64,000 nucleotides of DNA from Raja brachyura (Eukaryota). This document shows positions 58,716-64,000 of this stretch, piece after piece; position 1 is the stretch's first letter, and each line of letters begins with the position of its first letter. The position numbers and the translations under genes are program-made. The notes under the pieces were generated by a model. That model was not told the DNA's origin. It saw nothing but the letters and a program-made list of their open reading frames with translations, and ran no database searches. The DNA lies in assembly GCA_963514005.1 (NCBI GenBank), contig OY740827.1, forward strand, positions 2,480,001 to 2,544,000, in the 5' to 3' direction.

Positions 58716-59349
58716 TGTCTGGAAGAAGGGTCTCGACCCGAAACTTCACCCATTCCTTCTGTCCAGAGATGCTGCCCGTCCCAATGAGTTACTCCTGCAT
58801 TTTGTGTCTCTCTTTGGTTTAAACCAGCATCTGCGGTTCCTTCCGACACTGTTTATGATTTGGTTTACTTTAGTTTAGAGCGCCTACGCAGGCCCTTCAG
58901 CCCACTGAGTCCGCACCAACCAGCGATCCCCGCACACTAACACTATCCTACACTAGGAATTATTTTTACTTTTATACCAAGCCAATGAATGTTTATAATT
59001 CCACATACCATCCACCCAGTGAGTGGAAGAGTTGCTCCTCAAGTTCCTATTTCATCTTTATTGCTATGTTACCGCGTCGCCGCACTAATGCAGAGAATCT
59101 TTGCTGGTCGGCACGGACATGATGGGCCGAAGGGCCTGTTTCTGGGATGTATCTCTAAACTAAACACATACCTAGTGTGAACAGGTGATTGATGGTCATC
59201 GCGAACTTGGCGGGCTGAATGGCCTGTTTCCATGCTGTATCTGCACTGTATCTCTAAACTAAATTAAACTGACCCATTGAGTTACTCCAGCTTTTTGTGT
59301 CTATCTTTGGTTTAAGCCAGCATCTGCGGTTCCTTCTTCAACTAAATTT

Positions 59350-60710
59350 ACCCTCTCAACCATAAACCCTCGTGATAACAGACCACTTTATGACAGATTT
59401 TACTGTCCGGCTTATCAAGGTAACACGGCAACCACACACCCCACGCCTCTATCGACAGCAAGCGTTTCACTGAAGCTGGTGGCAGCTTCAAAGCTGGGCA
59501 CAGGTCTTTCAGGCCAAGGCCCAAACCGGTCCTCAGGGAAAATATGGGATCCACGCACCCCAACAATCCTACTCTCCAAATCTGGGACGGAAATAGAACC
59601 CACATCAGGGGCCTTTGGGCTTACCACAAGACCACCAATAACCATGAAGGTAGGTGGGTCTGGTTCTTTCCGAAATATGAGGTATGTGGACCATTTACAA
59701 GTTGGTAAAATTTTCACTTGTTTTGTGCATATGATCTATTTATAAACTAAAAGAAAATGAGATCAGTTTTATACTGCACAGTGTACAAGCGAGACAGAGT
59801 TCCCTTTAAAGACAAGCCCGCAGTTGCGGCCTGCTCATTGTCACAATGGAAGATACCGGTTCAACTGGCATGTGCAGTATAGACATTTCTGAATAGGAAA
59901 CTTCATTACTGTCTAACAACTGAGGAACAGTTTCCACTCACAGGGCTCACTGAAGATATTTGAAATTTAGCTGGATGGAACAATGATACAGTTAAAAGCG
60001 TTGCAAAATGGGCTAACCTCAGCCTCAGGCTATTTACCAAATTACTAAAACCAGTGCTTCGGATGCTCAGACTAAATAAGCTATTGTTATGACCTATCTG
60101 GATGATGCTCTAAACACTGTATTTTGCCAAATTAGCGGTATCAGCCACAAAACTATATTTCAGAAATTGGGTTCTCATCCATCCAGTTAAATTGATACCA
60201 ACTGAAAGTATTGAGTATTGAGTATTGGGATTTACCTTTAACTCAATTAAATTGTCTAGGAATTGGCAATACATTGGCTTTCAGCTGAGCTATTTGGGCC
60301 TTTGCATTATCAGAGCTATACAGTGTGCAAAGGAGTAAGCTCTCAAGTACCATTTCGCTCATTGCTACCAGAACTATGCTATTCCCAGCTGAAACTATTG
60401 CTCAAAGATGGAAAATTACTAATACCACCTCTAGTTACGGAGGCAGATGGGTTTGCATGAGTTACCAATTATTCAGTTATATGGTATCAACTACCTATAC
60501 AAACTAGGTGCATTCTGTGGATTAAAGGGTTTGTGCGAATATGCATAATCTGCATGGTCAAGTTTAACTTGATACACTCTGGTACTGTTATATGTTAATC
60601 ACATGGGTGCAATCAAGTCAAAGTATACGGTGATAGTTTATCTAACTTCATTTGACATTGGTGTATCATCATGTAAAGTCAATGACTACACAGAATGGAT
60701 GTTGGATCAC
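59350..60710 (+). mobile_element. Old DIRS 5' portion, copy B
   Basis: Near-identical to 13660-15019. Confidence 0.8.
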
Positions 60711-63700
60711 GACTTCCGGTGGCGCTAATGCTGGAGTAGGGTGAGTGCCAGCTAGCTCCACGCAAAAAAAAACCAAAAAAAGGGGAGTAAAATGAAGAAC
60801 TGACCTGCAGAAATCGCTCCGGCAGCCTGCGTGACGTCATCAGACCGCGACTCTGGAGACCTAAATTCGGTAACTCGCTCCCCCACAAAGGAACCGATTA
60901 AAAAAACTACAAGAGGAAAACAACCGAAGGAGGAAGTAGGCCTGACTGAAGCCTCGGGCTCAGTTTTAACATCGTCCCAGGTGGAAGTCTCAAAAGCCCA
61001 GAAGACAAAGATAAAGAAAAGTGAAATGGAGGAACTTCACAACTTCATCACAATGGAAATTGCAAGTATAAAAGAAGAATTGATAAGCTTTAAAAAAGAA
61101 TTGAATATTAAAGAAATACTGAAAGGTCTTAAAAAAGAGATTAAAGACGACTTCTTAGAGTTTGAAACTAAAATGACTAATCTTGTGCGCATGAAACTGA
61201 CTAATATGAAGGAGGAAATGTCAGTAAATTTTGACTTACAAATCAATGAAGTAAACGAGAAAATTAAGTCGAATTAAACCAACTTTAATGATAAGCTGGA
61301 GTCGACCTTCACTACAATGGGTCAACAACTGGGGCAGCAAGCTGACGCCATAACTCACTTGGAAGAAACTACAGAGACACTCCTTGCCGAGAACAAGCGT
61401 TTATCAGATTTACTGCATAAAGTAACTGAAAAATGTATTGACTTGGAGGGCCATCAGAGACGTCAGAATTTAAGAATTGTGGGCGTTCGTGAGGGTAAAG
61501 AAGGAAATAAAGATCTCCATGACTTTGCCGCAGACTTATAAAAAAAATTTTGAATTTAGATCAAAAGCCCTTATTAGGGCGGGCACACAGAGTTCGTGGA
61601 TGTCGCTCAGATCCAGACCCCCCCAAGGCAGCTGATAGTGAAGGTCCAATACGTTCATGTTTTGGAGGATACCATGAAAAAAATTGCTGCCACAAGAAAT
61701 CTTATGCTTGATGGAGACAAAATAAGTATATTTCGAGATTACCCTGCAGAGGTGGTCAGAAGGAGAGCGCTATTCAATGAGACAAGAGGGATTCTAAAGA
61801 AGATAGACAACTTGAAATATGGATTGCTGTACCCGGCGAGATTGAGAGTCACTTATCTGCAGAAGGAACAGTTTTTCACTGATCACAAGAAAGCATTGGC
61901 GTATGCCCAGAAGATTGTGGATTCGAGTGAGGACTGAATAACATTCATATAATATCGTCATCCTGCTGAGAATAAATGGAACTTTAATTCGCTTTATTCA
62001 AGGACTAATGAAAGCTGATAATGATAACTGCGCAGTCCCTCCTGTTATGGACATATTATTCTAATATTTTAGTACTAATTTTTACTAACAATTATTAATC
62101 ATTAAAAACACTTGTTATTACTATTGGAATAATTAGTTGAATACAAGAAATGTTAAAAAAAAGGTATAATTTAGATATCTTATTAATTGGAATTTGTTAT
62201 ATTCGATATCTTATTAATTGGAATTTGTTATATTCTTCCTTTATTTACATCAGACTAACACTTGACTAATGATTAACTAAGAGAGTAATAGTCTCTCGCT
62301 ATATGATTACTAACACTCTGGACCAAAATAGTTTTAATTCAATCCCGTAAATTACTTATATTCAATTTTTTTTTAAAGCGTGGAGCTAGGAATACATTTT
62401 TTTTTCTACGGAAGTCCTTAGATGGTCAGCCACGTTAGTGTGGCTAGCACTAATTATACTGAATTTAGATGTCGTTTCTTTTTTTCCTTACACTTTCTTA
62501 ATTTTTTATTTTTTTACTTTTTGTATTTTTTACTTAATTACAATTTAAAAACTTGAATTAATTTACAAATATTATTTGAGGAGATGTGTCCGTGAGGAAG
62601 ATTTAATTGAATTAGTTTTACAACTCATCTGTCCTGTGTTCGGGTGGCATGTCGTGTTTACGGTGCTGAGCTATCTGCTCTTTTATAGATCACCCTAACC
62701 ACAAGATGCAAGACGTTAATAGAAAAAACGGGGGTCAAGGAATTATTTTTTGTAGTTGGAATGTTACGGGAATTAATGGGTCAATCAAGAGAGGTAAGGT
62801 ATTAGCACACTTAAAATCACTCAAAGCAGGCATAACACTTCTTCAAGAGACGCACCTTAAAAACGACGCACAACATAGATAGAAAGCAAAATGGATCGCT
62901 GAAACATATCACTCGTCATTCTCTCATAAGGCCAGAGGTGTCGTAATTTTAATTCGTAAAGGTATACCTTTTAAACACATATCAACTATGGCGGACACCA
63001 ATGGTAGATATATTATACTAGTGGGTGAATTATATTTTTAAAAAGTGATTTTTCTCAATGTCTATGGACCAAATTTTGATAATCCTTTGTTTTTTAAGAA
63101 AATACTTAATACTCTCCCGGAGCTCACACAACATAATTTGATAATCGGTGGAGATTTAACTTGTACACTAGATTCCTATCTTGATAGATCATCAAGACAA
63201 AGAAAAGCAAAATCCAAGACGCGAATTATTAAACTCATACATCAATACTACCAATATCAAGGATGTTTGGAGAATTGAAAACCCATATGGAAGGGAATAC
63301 TCATTTTACTCATCAGTACATAAAACCTATTCAAGGATAGACTACTTTTTAGTAGATTCTAAGCTTATCCCACTTATTTATAATTCGAAATATCATAATA
63401 ATATAATTTCGGACCATGCTCCTTTAACATTTATGATCAAACTAAGTGGAATGACTGATAAGCAGACACAATGGAGACTCAATCCTCAAATTTTAAATGA
63501 TAAAGCATGTTACGAATATCGTATCAAACAGATAAAAATTCTTGCACTCAAATATAAATTAAACCAAATATACTAAGACCAAATCATAAAATCTTATCAA
63601 AAGACTAAACAGTTACACTTTGAATTTGGTGATAAACCACAAACATTACTGGCACGCCAACTCCGGAAACAGGAAGGGGAAAAAACAATACATAAAATTA

Positions 63701-64000
63701 AAGCAGATACGGGAGAAATATTAACACTACCCAAGGATATTAATGATAGATTCTCTCACTACCATCAAACACTTTACTCAACCAAAACGGCAGTGGGATC
63801 TGCAGGAATGGAATTATTCTTACAGAATTGTAACCTTACTGGTTTAGACTTGAAAGAGAGGGAATTATTAGGGGCTGAAATATCAGTAAAAGATATTGAA
63901 GAATCTATTATTTCTTTACAAAATGGAAAGGCCGCTGGCCCAGATGGGTTAAATAGTGAATTTTATAAAATATTTCATGATTTGATCTCGCCACGCCTAC
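60711..64000 (+). mobile_element. L1 copy B (5' UTR, ORF1, start of ORF2; truncated by window)
   Basis: Same insertion site (agaatggatgttggatcac|gacttccggtggcgc) and sequence as 15020 onward. Confidence 0.95.

Larger units (their letters stand above)
47070..64000 (+). repeat. Segmental duplication, copy B (runs off window end)
   Basis: Same order as copy A: TM exon, last exon, HERO, VNTR, old DIRS, L1. Confidence 0.95.

Overview
Repeat-rich vertebrate genomic DNA. The CR1/HE1-type SINE/Penelope/Rex repeat content suggests a cartilaginous fish, probably a skate or ray (inference). The window covers about 1.4 units of a ~45-kb tandem segmental duplication. The only host gene I can support is a spliced + strand Siglec-like receptor, CDS 35092..52004. 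It has 8 coding exons totalling 1509 nt (502 aa): signal peptide, V-set domain with the sialic-acid-binding Arg, C2-set domain, two identical-protein Ig exons, TM, and two cytoplasmic exons. The spliced tail reads ESPYQ|ELHLGDRDLYSEV, a DAP12/TYROBP-like ITAM, and the TM exon resembles a DAP12 TM that has lost its Asp. The best candidate for a novel system is therefore a single-chain Siglec-DAP12 chimeric activating receptor in an expanding tandem array. The 3' end of a broken paralog lies at 3620-6246. The rest is nested mobile DNA: a full-length dead L1 with TSDs inside an old DIRS element, a younger near-intact DIRS (RT/RNase H/methyltransferase-like/tyrosine recombinase plus a 79-bp terminal inverted repeat), HERO-like RT-RLE elements interrupted by a VNTR-bearing non-autonomous retroelement, Penelope-like remnants with minimal hammerhead motifs, a Helitron-like tandem array, a Gypsy LTR remnant, and CR1/Rex fragments. 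All exon joins are inferred from splice signals and phases, not from transcripts.
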